Positions 26,990 through 38,931 of a stretch of DNA of 63,821 bases are shown here, piece after piece. This DNA is from Macrostomum lignano (taxonomy: Eukaryota). Position numbers and translations under genes: made by a program. The notes beneath the pieces were generated by a model. It saw only the letters and a program-made list of their open reading frames with translations, made no database searches and was not told where the DNA came from. Every line of letters starts with the position of its first letter. Position 1 is the stretch's first letter. The stretch covers positions 1 to 63,821 of the forward strand of contig NIVC01000148.1 of assembly GCA_002269645.1 (NCBI GenBank). Reading direction: 5' to 3'.

Positions 26990-27047
26990 TGCATGGGATG
27001 TCAGTGCGGGAGAATATGACGATTTTTATTACTAAGCTCAGTAGCCT

Positions 27048-27675
27048 AGACATGATTAGTCTGCTTCCTGACATGATTAGTCTGGTTCCTGACATGACTA
27101 GTCTGCATCCTGACATGATTAGTCTGCATCCTGGCATGATTAGTCTGTTTCCTGACATGATTAGTCTGGTTCCTGACATGACTAGTCTGGTTCCTGGCAT
27201 GATTAGTCTGGTTCCTGGCATGATTAGTCTGGTTCCTGGCATGATTAGTCTGCTTCCTGACATGACTAGTCTGCATCCTGACATGACTAGTCTGCTTCCT
27301 GACATGATTAGTCTGCTTCCTGACATGATTAGTCTGCTTCCTGACATGACTAGTCTGCTTCCTGACATGATTAGTCTGTTTCCTGACATGATTAGTCTGC
27401 TTCCTGACATGATTAGTCTGTTTCCTGACATGATTAGTCTGCTTCCTGACATGATTAGTCTGCTTCCTGACATGATTAGTCTGCTTCCTGACATGACTAG
27501 TCTGCTTCCTGACATGACTAGTCTGCTTCCTGACATTATTAGTCTGCATCCTGACATGACTAGTCTGCTTCCTGACATGACTAGTCTGCTTCCTGACATG
27601 ACTAGTCTGCTTCCTGACATGATTAGTCTGCTTCCTGACATGACTAGTCTGCTTCCTGACATGATTAGTCTGACA
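27048..27675. repeat. 21-bp minisatellite (cctgacatgattagtctgctt) upstream of RPS8
   Basis: Direct reading. Confidence 0.97.
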
Positions 27676-28515
27676 TAACTACTCTTTTTCCTGACAGGAT
27701 CAATTGAAAAGTAGAAAATCCTATTTACTAAAAACAATTGAAGCAAAACAAGAAAGGTTTAAAAATGGGCAGAAATGGTTGAAGTTATTATTTTTGTTAT
27801 TATTATTATTAAATATTATTACTAATTATAAAGTTCACATATACAGCAATATAATATATATAGCTTAAATAAATCAGTTCAGACTAACACGGGTTGAATT
27901 GCCACTGTAATAACAAAATCGTTCTACTCTCAATAGATAAAAATAGAGTCCATTCTTTTTTTTACGCTTGCACGTGGCGTTTAGGAATTGAGAACAATCA
28001 ACAACACAAATAAGAAAATTGAGGGGGGAGGCAGAGAAGACCAGCAAGCAATACTACTGACTGGGCATTGCAGTAGTAGTATAAGAAGCAATTTGATAAA
28101 AACAATTTATTCATCGGACATTGAGAAAGCAGTATATCATTAACGATAACTACTTTACGCATTAGCAAAACGCATATTGTGCTTTTATGGCGGATTGAAA
28201 AGTTTACGCAGAAAAGGTGAGACAATGGGATCATGTGTGAGTTATGTGATTGAAGTTTAACTAACCATACTCAAGAGGGACACAAACTGGATTAGCCTCG
28301 TATACAGAACAGTTTAAAAACAAAACACAAATAAATGCATGGAGCTTTTTAATGTTCTGAATAATAATTGTAAACTGAACCTGAACCCAAGATAAGCTTT
28401 AATCCGATTACATGATTAATAGGATTAGCTTAATTCTGCCTAGCCTAAGAACCTCTACTGCAACACGATCCTGCTTAAATTACACTAGCTAGTGATCAGT
28501 GACCCCGTTTTGTTA

Positions 28516-30132
28516 TCAAGTCAGCGAGTGAAGATTTTTATTTGGATGCTGCTGGGGCCTCTGCTGGCCAGTGAAGTTGCCGATCGGCATTCTGGGAAAC
28601 TGCTGGGGCTGCTGCATCTGCGGCTGCATCTGGCCAGCCGCGGTGGACATTGGCATCGGCATGGACATTGGCGGAGGCAGGGCAGATGATGATTGGCCTG
28701 GACAGATTGGCCAATAGGCATGGGCATCGATGCGTGATTGGTTGACAGCTGGTGCTGGTGCTGAAGATGGTTCGGCTGCATCTGGACCTGGCCGAGGTGG
28801 TGCGGCGGCGGTGGCGGGGGCGGCGGCGGCGGAGGCACAAATCCGCCGCCCAGATGCGATGGCGGAGGTGGCGGCGGAGGCGGAGGCGGCAAAGGGAGCG
28901 AAGTGGGAATGGTTGACATGCCCTGCTGCTGCTGCTGTTGATACTCGAATGCCATGAGCGGCGGAGGAGGCGGCGGTGGCGGGGGAGGCGGCGGAGCGGC
29001 ATTCGTGACGGACGCGTACTGGTGCCAGCTGCCAGTGAGCACAGAGTTCGGCATCTGCATAGAGACGTGAGACACCGAGCCTGGCAGGGTGTGAAGCTGC
29101 TGATGGTGCTGGAAGTGCACCTGATTCACCACCGCTTGGGCGGCGGCGGCGGCAGCGGACAGCGAGGTTGAAGCGGAGACTGTGGTCGCCGCAGGGATTG
29201 ATGCGGTTTGTGCAGGTGCAGGCAGCAGGCCTGCTGCGGTGCGGCCTGCTTGGCGGCCTGGTCGGAGGAGGGCTTGGCCCGGCTGTCCTGATCAGCTCCT
29301 CCGCCGCTCCTGCCATTGCCAATACTATTGCTATTATTATTGTTACTGTTGCTATTGGCAACGGCGGCTGGCACGCTGCCGGCGCTGTTATTGCTCTGGT
29401 ACATGTCCAGGATGCGATGGCAGATGCGCTCGATGAGGGGAAAGCCGAGCCCGGGCACGAACTGCTCCACCACTTGTCGTTGGGACCGGAGCGGCCCTCC
29501 CAATCCCGAATAGGGAAGCTGCTGCACAGGCTGCCGAGGTACAGCACGGAGCAGGCGATGATCTCGGGCTCCCACTGCAGGCACAGGGTTGTGTACAGAC
29601 TGTCATTAACGAATGCCCAGGCGTGGCGAACAATCGTGCTGATTTCCTCCTGGGAGCCGCGCAGCCTCCGGCCCATCTCCAGCAGGTGTTTGTACGGGTG
29701 CTCAACTATGAAATCGAATTTCAGAGTTCGAAGCATAAGCCGCTCAGTTTGCATGACCAGCTCGGCAGGGCTGCGGCCCTGAGTCTGGGAAGCAAAATGA
29801 GCAGCAAATGTTCGCTCGTCCAGATGCTTCTGAACCGAGCGGACCAGATCGCGGCACAGTTTGGGCGTCTCTTCAACTTTGCCGGCCAGGAACAGGGCGC
29901 AGGCGGCAACCACGTAGCGATCGTATTTCTTGAAGCTGTGCGCCATGTAGAAGCGGTGAAAGAACACGATGCCGGTGGCTATGGTGTTGTACGTGAGCCC
30001 CAGGTCTTGGCCGCATTGCAGGATAAACTTGGCGCCTTCGCAACGGTATTTCGACTCAGTCTGTCGCTCCACGCCGTCCCGATAAGAGGGCGTGTTGAGC
30101 AACTCCTCCGCCTCCCAGTACCAGCAGGGCAT
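28516..30132 (-). CDS. CCNK: Cyclin K with a Pro/Gln-rich C-terminal tail (three apparent -1 frameshifts)
   Basis: MPCWYW, FHRFYMAHSF, LFLAGKVEETPK, AWAFVNDSLYTTLCLQWEPEIIA. WWEQFV..ICHRILDMY is recovered by adding one base at ~29467; further shifts at ~29139 and ~28681. Confidence 0.93.
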   Translation of the reverse strand: MPCWYWEAEELLNTPSYRDGVERQTESKYRCEGAKFILQCGQDLGLTYNTIATGIVFFHRFYMAHSFKKYDRYVVAACALFLAGKVEETPKLCRDLVRSVQKHLDERTFAAHFASQTQGRSPAELVMQTERLMLRTLKFDFIVEHPYKHLLEMGRRLRGSQEEISTIVRHAWAFVNDSLYTTLCLQWEPEIIACSVLYLGSLCSSFPIRDWEGRSGPNDKWWSSSCPGSAFPSSSASAIASWTCTRAITAPAACQPPLPIATVTIIIAIVLAMAGAAEELIRTAGPSPPPTRPPSRPHRSRPAACTCTNRINPCGDHSLRFNLAVRCRRRRPSGGESGALPAPSAASHPARLGVSRLYADAELCAHWQLAPVRVRHECRSAASPATAASSAAHGIRVSTAAAAGHVNHSHFAPFAASASAATSAIASGRRICASAAAAPATAAAPPRPGPDAAEPSSAPAPAVNQSRIDAHAYWPICPGQSSSALPPPMSMPMPMSTAAGQMQPQMQQPQQFPRMPIGNFTGQQRPQQHPNKNLHSLT

Positions 30133-30374
30133 CGGTCGCTGAGAACACTGGGTGAGTGCACAAGTAAACAGAACAGCTCAGTTGCTAACCGGATGAGGGA
30201 TAGGCAATTCTGGATGCTTTAACATGAATTGGGGCAGGATAGAGTAGTGCGAGTAAAGCTTTTGACTGGATTGCTGCACTTCTATTGATCAGAATGCAAC
30301 ACAAAAGCAAATTATACTTATTTTACTTCTTAATCCTTCATCTCTGATCCGTTATCCTGCATGCATTATCCGTA

Positions 30375-31480
30375 ATCCTACATCTCTTATCCTCAACCCT
30401 ACATCTCTTATCTTCAACCCTACATCTCTTATACTCAACCCTACATATCTTATCCTCAATGCTACATCTCTTATCCCTAATCTCTTATCATCTCTTATCT
30501 TCAACCCTACATCTCTTATCCCAATGCTACATCTCTTATCCCCAACCTTACATCTCTTATCCCCAATGCTACATCTCTTATCCCCAACCCTACATCTCTT
30601 ATCCATAATCCTACATCTCTTATCCCCAATGCTACATCTCTTATCCCCAACCCTACATCTCTTATCCATAATCCTACATCTCTTATCCCCAATGCTACAT
30701 CTCTTATCCCCAATGCTACATCTCTTATCCCAATGCTACATCTCTTATCCCCAACCCTACATCTCTTATCCATAATCCTACATCTCTTATCCCCAATGCT
30801 ACATCTCTTATCCCCAATGCTACATCTCTTATCCCCAATGCTACATCTCTTATCCCCAATGCTACATCTCTTATCCCCAACCCTACATCTCTTATCCATA
30901 ATCCTACATCTCTTATCCTCAACCCTACATCCCTTATCCCCAATCCTACATCTCTTATCCCCAATGCTACATCTCTTATCCATAATCCTACATCTCTTAT
31001 CCATAATCCTACATCTCTTATCCATAATCCTACATCTCTTATCCATAATCCTACATCTCTTATCCATAATCCTACATCTCTTATCCATAATCCTACATCT
31101 CTTATCCATAATCCTACATCTCTTATCCATAATCCTACATCTCTTATCCTCAACCCTACATCTCCTATCCTCAACCCTACATCTCTTATCCCCAATGCTA
31201 CATCTCTTATCCTCAACCCTACATCTCTTATCCCCAATGCTACATCTCTTATCCCCAATGCTACATCTCTTATCCATAATCCTACATCTCTTATCCATAA
31301 TCCTACATCTCTTATCCATAATCCTACATCTCTTATCCATAATCCTACATCTCTTATCCATAATCCTACATCTCTTATCCATAATCCTACATCTCTTATC
31401 CATAATCCTACATCTCTTATCCTCAACCCTACATCTCTTATCCCTAATCCCACATCTCTTATCCTTAATACTACATCTCT
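30375..31480. repeat. 21-bp minisatellite (ctacatctcttatccataatc / ...ccccaatg) between MRPL28 and CCNK
   Basis: Direct reading. Confidence 0.97.
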
Positions 31481-31874
31481 AATGATTTTGCTCTTCAACC
31501 ATAAATCCTGGATCCCTTTAAACTACACATCACTCTTTTTCTGACACTAAAATACAAGTCTATATATGAATAACTAAATCTGAAAATTTTCTATAGAGAA
31601 ACTAAACCGCAAAAATGCAAGTAATTAAGACAAAGAAAGGACAGACTTCACTGTACTATCAGTTGATAACAAACAAAGAACATTAAACTAGCATTTGTAC
31701 ATATAGTAGAATTTGGTTATCCAATGAATGATGCTACTGAGGCTAGCATGCATGCGATCACCAAATTTGTTAACTACATTAAACAGAAAAAAAGTTGATA
31801 TATCTCTGCAAAGCTACATGGCCCTCAGTGGCAATGATAAAGGCGATTATTAGGCCAAGTTTAAGGCCAGGTAA

Positions 31875-32510
31875 CTAAGCAACTGGAGCCTCGGCTGAAT
31901 TCTGCGGCTCCCGCAGCCGGCGCATCAGTTCAATCTTCTTAGGCACGGCGGCCGCCTGCTTCTTGGCATCTGACTCCAATTTGAGCTGCTTCTTGCAGGC
32001 CTCGGCAAGGCTGAGCCCGATCCATTCAGCCTCCTCCGGCGGCACGGCGTACTTGGCGTAGCGCTGGCGCAGCTCACTGTCTGGCGGTAGGCGGGCCAGC
32101 GCCAGCAGCATGTCCCGCTTCAAATGCGTGCCCAGGCGCGAGTTCAGCTCCCCGTCAGAGGATGCCAGGATGTACTGATCGAGCGAGCCAGCCTGCTCGA
32201 TCAGGGTCAGGGCGCGATGGCTCACAATGATGTACATCCAGCGGTTCAACAGCTCCGAGTGGAAGGGGATCCGGTACAGGTGAGGCCTCCAGAAGCGCGG
32301 GTGAATCTAGGGAATCGTAGCGAATTAAGCGGATCTATCAATTCATCAATCAATTAAGCAACCAATCTATCTATCTACCTGTCTATCTATCTATTTATCT
32401 ATCTATCTACCTATCTATCTATCTATCTATCTACCTATCTATCTACCTATCTACCTGCCTATCTATCTATCTATCTACCTATCTATCTATCTATCTATCT
32501 ATCTACCTGC

Positions 32511-32553
<43 letters not shown>

Positions 32554-32997
32554 CCTATCTATCTATCTATCTACCTATCTATCTATCTATCTATCTACCT
32601 ACCTACGTACCTATCTCAACCATCTATCTATCATTGTAAACATATCTGAGCGAGATCTCAGCATTGCAAGCGCAGCAAAACCCACCGGACTCTCCTTCTT
32701 TCGCTGCCGGAATCCATAGACGATGCCCTCGTTAGCCCACAGGCACCGCTGAGACTCGGCGGGATAGAAAATCTGCGGCGGCAGATCAAAGTGCCGGCTG
32801 GGATAAACCCGACCGTCACTGTGCCGCACAAACGGCTGGTCGGGATGCTCCTCGGAGAACGGCTTCATGTGCACGGCCGGCCTTCTGAATGCTTTGTTTT
32901 CCATGTACCGCTTCCTAAAGTGCATCGGCAGGCGGTGCAGGGCAGCCCTCAGGTGAGGGTAGAAGAACACGGCTCGTTCAAGCTCAAGGGTGGCCAT
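31875..32997 (-). CDS. MRPL28: Mitochondrial ribosomal protein L28 (bL28m)
   Basis: Exons 32997-32686 and 32306-31875 (phase 0). [43 protein letters not shown] and [10 protein letters not shown]. Confidence 0.9.
32365..32630. repeat. (CTAT)n/(CTAC) microsatellite in the MRPL28 intron
   Basis: Direct reading. Confidence 0.97.
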
Positions 32998-34093
32998 GCA
33001 AAATATCATTTTTATAAGGCTTAAGATAAATTTCAATTAAATGAAGACTGCTACTTATATCATAGATAAATAAAATTTTACTAGGCAAGAAGTTCATAAT
33101 GACAAAAATCATTTTAGCAGCCTCTTTCACTAGGCCAAAACTCATGAGTGTGCTAGCCGTTTTGGCAATGTGAAGTTTTGGCCAATACAATATGCACAAT
33201 ATGCATAATACTAGACCCTGCACAAACTCCAGATTTTGATTGAGTCATGAACTTGACCATACTTTGGGGGTTCAAGGCGAGTATTTGAGTCAAGTCTTGT
33301 CAAGTAGTTGAATGTAATGAAAGTTTGGTAGTTAATGAATTTCAAACCCCAACCTTGCTTGATTGTCATATTTTTGCATTAAAGTTTCTATTTTTCATTT
33401 TATTTATACTTCCAAGAATAATGGAGGCTCAAGTAACACTTTTAGCATGAAATCTTGCTTTTCAATTACTTTTTATTCAAGCAAGTTTATTGATTCATTT
33501 AAGTGAACATATTTTAGGAAATCAGAATAACTTCAAACTAAAAAAGGAATTAATTTGGCATTCTTGCAGTTTGCAAAGCTCTTGGAAATACCAATTTTAT
33601 TATTCTATATGTATTCTCTGTAATATATGTACTAAATGTAACTTGCAAATGACAAATGCAAATGTAAATATACTCAGCAACATGTTAAAGAATGCATATT
33701 ACCAAACATATATATGCAAATTAATATTGCACTATTATAGACTATGGTCACATACAATATATATTTAATATACACTCAGCAACATGTGAAAAGTTTCTAC
33801 TCCAAAGCCAGTGGTCAACTGATGAATTGTTCATCAGTTGAATAATGAATGAAGGAATTAATTAATTGATTTAACTCTTAATATTATCATTGACAATACA
33901 CTAATGTCAGCTTTTTTCTTCATATCAGCTTGATTGCAAAATCAGCCCATACAAGCCTGTAGACATGGTGTGAATTGTGTCACTTAGGGCTAAGATCATT
34001 CTAAGATGCATTCCACTTTATCCATTATCCAATCTAACTAATACAATTTGAAACAAATTTACTATTTGAAGGATTATATTACTAAAGTGTATA

Positions 34094-37085
34094 CCCCGAT
34101 GGAAAATCTGGAGGGGTGTTGGAGGCTCACTTTTTGGCGCTAGCCTCTAATGATTTTTTTAATTTGGTTACACTAAACCAATGGGAGGCTAGAGGCTGGG
34201 TTAGAGGCTCGACTCTTGGGTGTCGCAGCCTCTAAAAATGACCCAGATTTGATGCTTGCAATATGAGGCTCGTATTGGAGGCTCAATTAGAGGCTGGCAA
34301 TTTGAGGCTCATATTGGAGGCTCAATTAGAGGCTGGCAATTTGAGGCTCGTATTGGAGGCTCAATTAGAGGCTGGCGATTTGATGCTCAGTTAGAGGCTC
34401 AATTAGAGGCTGAATTAGAGGCTCAATTAGAGGCTGGCGATTTGACGCTCAGTTAGAGGCTGAATTAGAGGCTGAATTAGAGGCTGAATTAGAGGCTGGC
34501 GATTTGATGCTTAGTTAGAGGCTGAATTAGAGGCTGAATTAGAGGCTCAATTAGAGGCTGGCGATTTGATGCTCAGTTAGAGGCTGAATTAGAGGCTCAA
34601 TTAGAGGCTGGCGATTTGATGCTCAGTTAGAGGCTGAATTAGAGGCTCAATTAGAGGCTCAATTAGAGGCTGGCGATTTGATGCTCAGTTAGAGGCTCAA
34701 TTAGAGGCTGAATTAGAGGCTCAATTAGAGGCTGGCGATTTGATGCTCAGTTAGAGGCTCAATTAGAGGCTGAATTAGAGGCTCAATTAGAGGCTGGCGA
34801 TTTGATGCTCAGTTAGAGGCTGAATTAGAGGCTCAATTAGAGGCTGGCGATTTGATGCTCAGTTAGAGGCTCAATTAGAGGCTGAATTAGAGGCTGAATT
34901 AGAGGCTGGCAATTTGATGCTCAGTTAGAGGCTGGATTAAAGGCTGGCAATTTCGAGATTGTCAATGAGAGGCTGACCCAGCAACTGGGGATCTGGCTAG
35001 TAGAGTAAAATTTACTAAAAAAATGGAAGAATCAAAAATTTGTACAGCACAGCAACGGCCGCGCTCATTGAGAACAGTAATAACAGTAACAGCAGTAATT
35101 AAGCATGCAGTTATTGGAGCAAAGACAGTATATTTACAATAAAAAGTGAATTAAGGACTAAAAATCAATAAGATCAAATAGATCAGAATTTGAGCACAGT
35201 TGAGCAGTTTAGTTTATCGGTACAAAATATTGGCAGCTTAAGGGGAGATGACAGCACAAAGACTACGAAATAACCTTGTAAAAATGTTATAAACATGTGA
35301 ATTTAATGCACTAATAAACTGGTAGAATACAATCCAATAATCCAGGCACTGCACAATAATCCGGGCCTGTGCTCAATAATCCGGGCCTGTGCCCAATAAT
35401 CTACGCAGTGCACAATAAGCCAGGCCTGTGCACTATAATTAGGCGAGCAACTCTACCACGTTTCTTTTTACGAGGGATGTGTCATAAATCCACTGACAAA
35501 CATCTCTAGTTTCTTTTGTATTTTTTTACTGGAGTTTATACTTTAGCCTAGGACTCTAGGGCTCATGACAGTTATGTCTATGGAAAATATTACTTCTAGC
35601 CTTCATATAAGACAGAAAATCCTGTATCTTTCTTCACTTCAGTTCAGTTCACTTCAGTTCACTTCACTTCAGCACTTCAGTGAATACATGTTGGGAATTG
35701 GAGTAGTGAATTTTCATATAATTTGGCACTACTTACACAGTAGACCTCCAAACCTTGATAACTTTTTAATTGTCTCAAAAGTGAGAAAGAAAAATGGAGA
35801 AAGAAAGCGAGAAAGATAAAAAGACCACTAGCCTACAAATAATTCAGCTGCGAGAACGGCATCAGAGCAATATGCGTTCTGCTCACAAGGCACGTGCCCA
35901 GGATTTTGTCGGTGCCGACTGTGTATGCAGCAGCATCCGATTCATCGTCGCTGCAGAAAGGATCCTCCATCAGGCGCACGACATCAGGCGACGGGTCCCA
36001 GCGGGATATTCCAGCCTCTAACCCAGTCTCTAATACAGCCTCAAATTTAGCCTCGAATCCTGCCTCAAATTTAGCCTTAAATCCAGCCTCTAATCCAGCC
36101 TCAAATTTAGCCTCGAATCCAGTCTCTAATCCAGCCTCAAATTTAGCCTCAAATCCAGCCTCTAATCCAGCCTCTAATTGAGCCTCAAATCCAGTCTCTA
36201 ATCCAGCCTCGAATCCAGTCTCTAATCCAGCCTCTAATTCAGTCTCTAATCCAGCCTCTAATCCAGCCTCTAATTGAGCCTCAAATCCAGTCTCTAATCC
36301 AGCCTCGAATCCAGTCTCTAATCCAGCCTCTAATTCAGTCTCTAATCCAGCCTCTAATCCAGCCTCTAATTGAGCCTCAAATCCAGTCTCTAATCCAGCC
36401 TCGAATCCAGTCTCTAATCCAGCCTCTAATTCAGTCTCTAATACAGCCTCTAATCCAGCCTCTAATTGAGCCTCGAATCCAGTCTCTAATCCAGCCTCGA
36501 ATCCAGTCTCTAATCCAGCCTCTAATTCAGTCTCTAATCCAGCCTCTAATTCAGTCTCTAATCCAGCCTCTAATCCAGCCTCGAATTTAGCCTCTAAATT
36601 AAACGTCAAATCCAGGCTCAAATAAAGCCTCTAATCCAGCCTTAAATTTAGCCTCTAAATTAAACGTCAAATCCAGGCTCAAAAAAAGCCTCTAATCCAG
36701 CCTTGAATTTAGCCTCTAAATTAATCGTCGAATCTAGGCTCAAAAAAGCCTCTAATCCAGCCTCGAATTTAGCCTTTAAATTAAACATCAAATCCAGGCT
36801 CAAAAAAAGCCTCTAATCCAGCCTCAAATTTAGCCTCTAAATTAAACGTCAAATCTAGGCTCAAAAAAGCCTCTAATCCAGCCTCGAATCTAGCCTCTAT
36901 CTCAGACTCTAATTTGAACCTCTACTCTAGCCTCAAATCCAGCATCAAATACAATCTCTTTTGAGGTTAAAGATTATTTTTGAGGCTAGCATCAAACCAG
37001 CCTCAAAAAAATCCACTTTGAGGTTCATTCGAGGCTGCATTTGAGGCTAGGGTAAAAATTAGAGGCTGCCCTTTTCCCATCGGGA
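34094..37085. mobile_element. Foldback-like non-autonomous DNA element with inverted modular arms
   Basis: Termini TA|ccccgatggaaaa ... ttttcccatcggga|TA. Left arm ~34255-34945 of (tagaggctgaat)-type 12-mers, right arm ~36010-36900 of (agcctctaatcc)-type units, and a ~1-kb non-coding core. Confidence 0.7.
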
Positions 37086-37746
37086 TATATAGTAAATATT
37101 TTTGTTAAATTGTACAAGTAGACTTTTGCAATAGCTATGACTATAATTTTTATAATGGTATGAAAAATGAAAACTGATTGTGCCTTAACTTTTAATGGGG
37201 ATTAGGGATGCCAACTCTAGTTAACCAGTTTTTTAGTTTTTTACATGCTTATTAAAATTCTAAAATGGAATACAAACTAGATATAAAAACATGTACAACA
37301 ATCTAATGTTAACACTTTTCAATGTCAGCCAACATTGCTGCAATATTACCACTTTTCCTATCCCCCAACATCTAGCAGACATCTTAATGTTGAATGTTGG
37401 TTGGTGGTCAGGAGGAGATAGAAAAAGCAATAATGTTATTACAACATTGGTCAACATTTAAAAAGTTGCCAATGTTGGATTGCTATATAGGTTTCTATAT
37501 CACTGGTTGGCACTGGTAGCATTGCCATTGCCATTAGCTTAGCATTCTCTTTACTCAAAAGAGGACTCAGGACTAGGAGTTAGTTAAGTGACAGCGCTGT
37601 GCCTGCGTCAAATGCGTCAAGCCGTCAACGCAGACCAACACAATAGTCAGTAAGGCTTCTTTTTCCTGACGGGTTTCTACGCTCATACGTTCAATTTGCT
37701 TGTTTGAAAGACTCATAGTGAAAAAAAACATTCAAACAGGTCGCTT

Positions 37747-37944
37747 TCATAAGACCGAAATTTCAACGCCGAAAAGCACTACCCTTTACAAGACCGAAAC
37801 TTCATAAGACCAGAATTTCACGACGCCAAAAATTCTGCATGCTCCTTATTGTATTAAGTTTTCTACAATGTGAAATTTCGGTCTTATGAAGTTTCGGTCT
37901 TGTGAAGTATAGCGTTTCGGCGTTATGAATTTTTGGTCTTATGA
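37747..37944. mobile_element. Palindromic MITE-like element
   Basis: tcataagaccgaaattt..acaagaccgaaacttcataagacc is mirrored by ggtcttatgaagtttcggtcttgt..ggtcttatga. Confidence 0.7.
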
Positions 37945-38931
37945 CCCCCCCCCCAATTCAAACGTGTTGTGTTTGAAATAATACATTGAAAAAAGCAGTT
38001 TTGCGGTAAAAAAAGCATAGACAGAGTTTCAATCAGCTTTCTGTGAATGATTTTCTTATTTAAAATGGCAAAAATTAAGTTAAAAATGCTTTTTTTCTCC
38101 CCGGGGTCCCCGGTTCAATTCCCCGGGGAGAATTCCCCAACAAGCTCCCCGGGGCCCCGGGGAGCACTCCCCAGGGTCGATATCCCTAGCCATATTGAAG
38201 CCATCAAGCCAAGAAAGTGACCTTGCATAGGATCTTTCCAGCTCACTTAAGCCTTAAGGGGCATATTCAAGAATATAGCAGACCCATAGTGACTGCAGCC
38301 AAGTTTCTCTTCTAATAATGACCTACTAACTCAAGATATAAGCTCAATGCCATTAAATAAACTTTAATTTTTCTTACCAAAAAACTAGAACTATGTGCAT
38401 GTGCACAGCCTAAAGACAATGTCAATCAAACTGCTAATGAAAGTGGAGCAGCTGCAATAAGTCTTAACATGAATCTGGAATTGTTCATTTATGTTTAGAT
38501 GAGTTGGCAACATCATATTTACCAGCAGCTATATGTTCAAGTAGCTATAGTTAGTAGCTATAGTTAGTAGCTATATGTTCAAGACCAACTAAAGCAATCA
38601 ACAGCAATTAGGCAAATCAGCAAGAGGTCTGCATAGGCCTAGAAGACTAGCTGAAGTTATTTTTATAATAGAAGAATGAATAGTCTTAAAGTCAAAACCA
38701 AAGCATGATATTAGAAAGTCTAATTGCTTTGGCTACGAGACAGAGTTCCTCTATATTGCATAGCAAAAATGTACTCTGCTTATGCAACTATACCAAGCCA
38801 AGGACTTTAGCTAATTCTACCTAGGCCTATAAGTATCAAGGCTAAACATGCATTTTCTACAAGTGGATCTTTTGTATTTAAAGTGCAATCTCAATCTTAA
38901 AGGCATAAGTTCATTTGTTATTTGTTTTATA

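Noticed and set aside
25289-33003. tgc(a)ATG context shared by the MRPL28, RPS8 and sushi start codons
   Set aside because: A three- to four-base coincidence in three genes is too weak to call a motif.
37203-38188. TAGGGAT...ATCCCTA as hAT-like termini
   Set aside because: Only a 7-bp inverted match, with no target-site duplication found.
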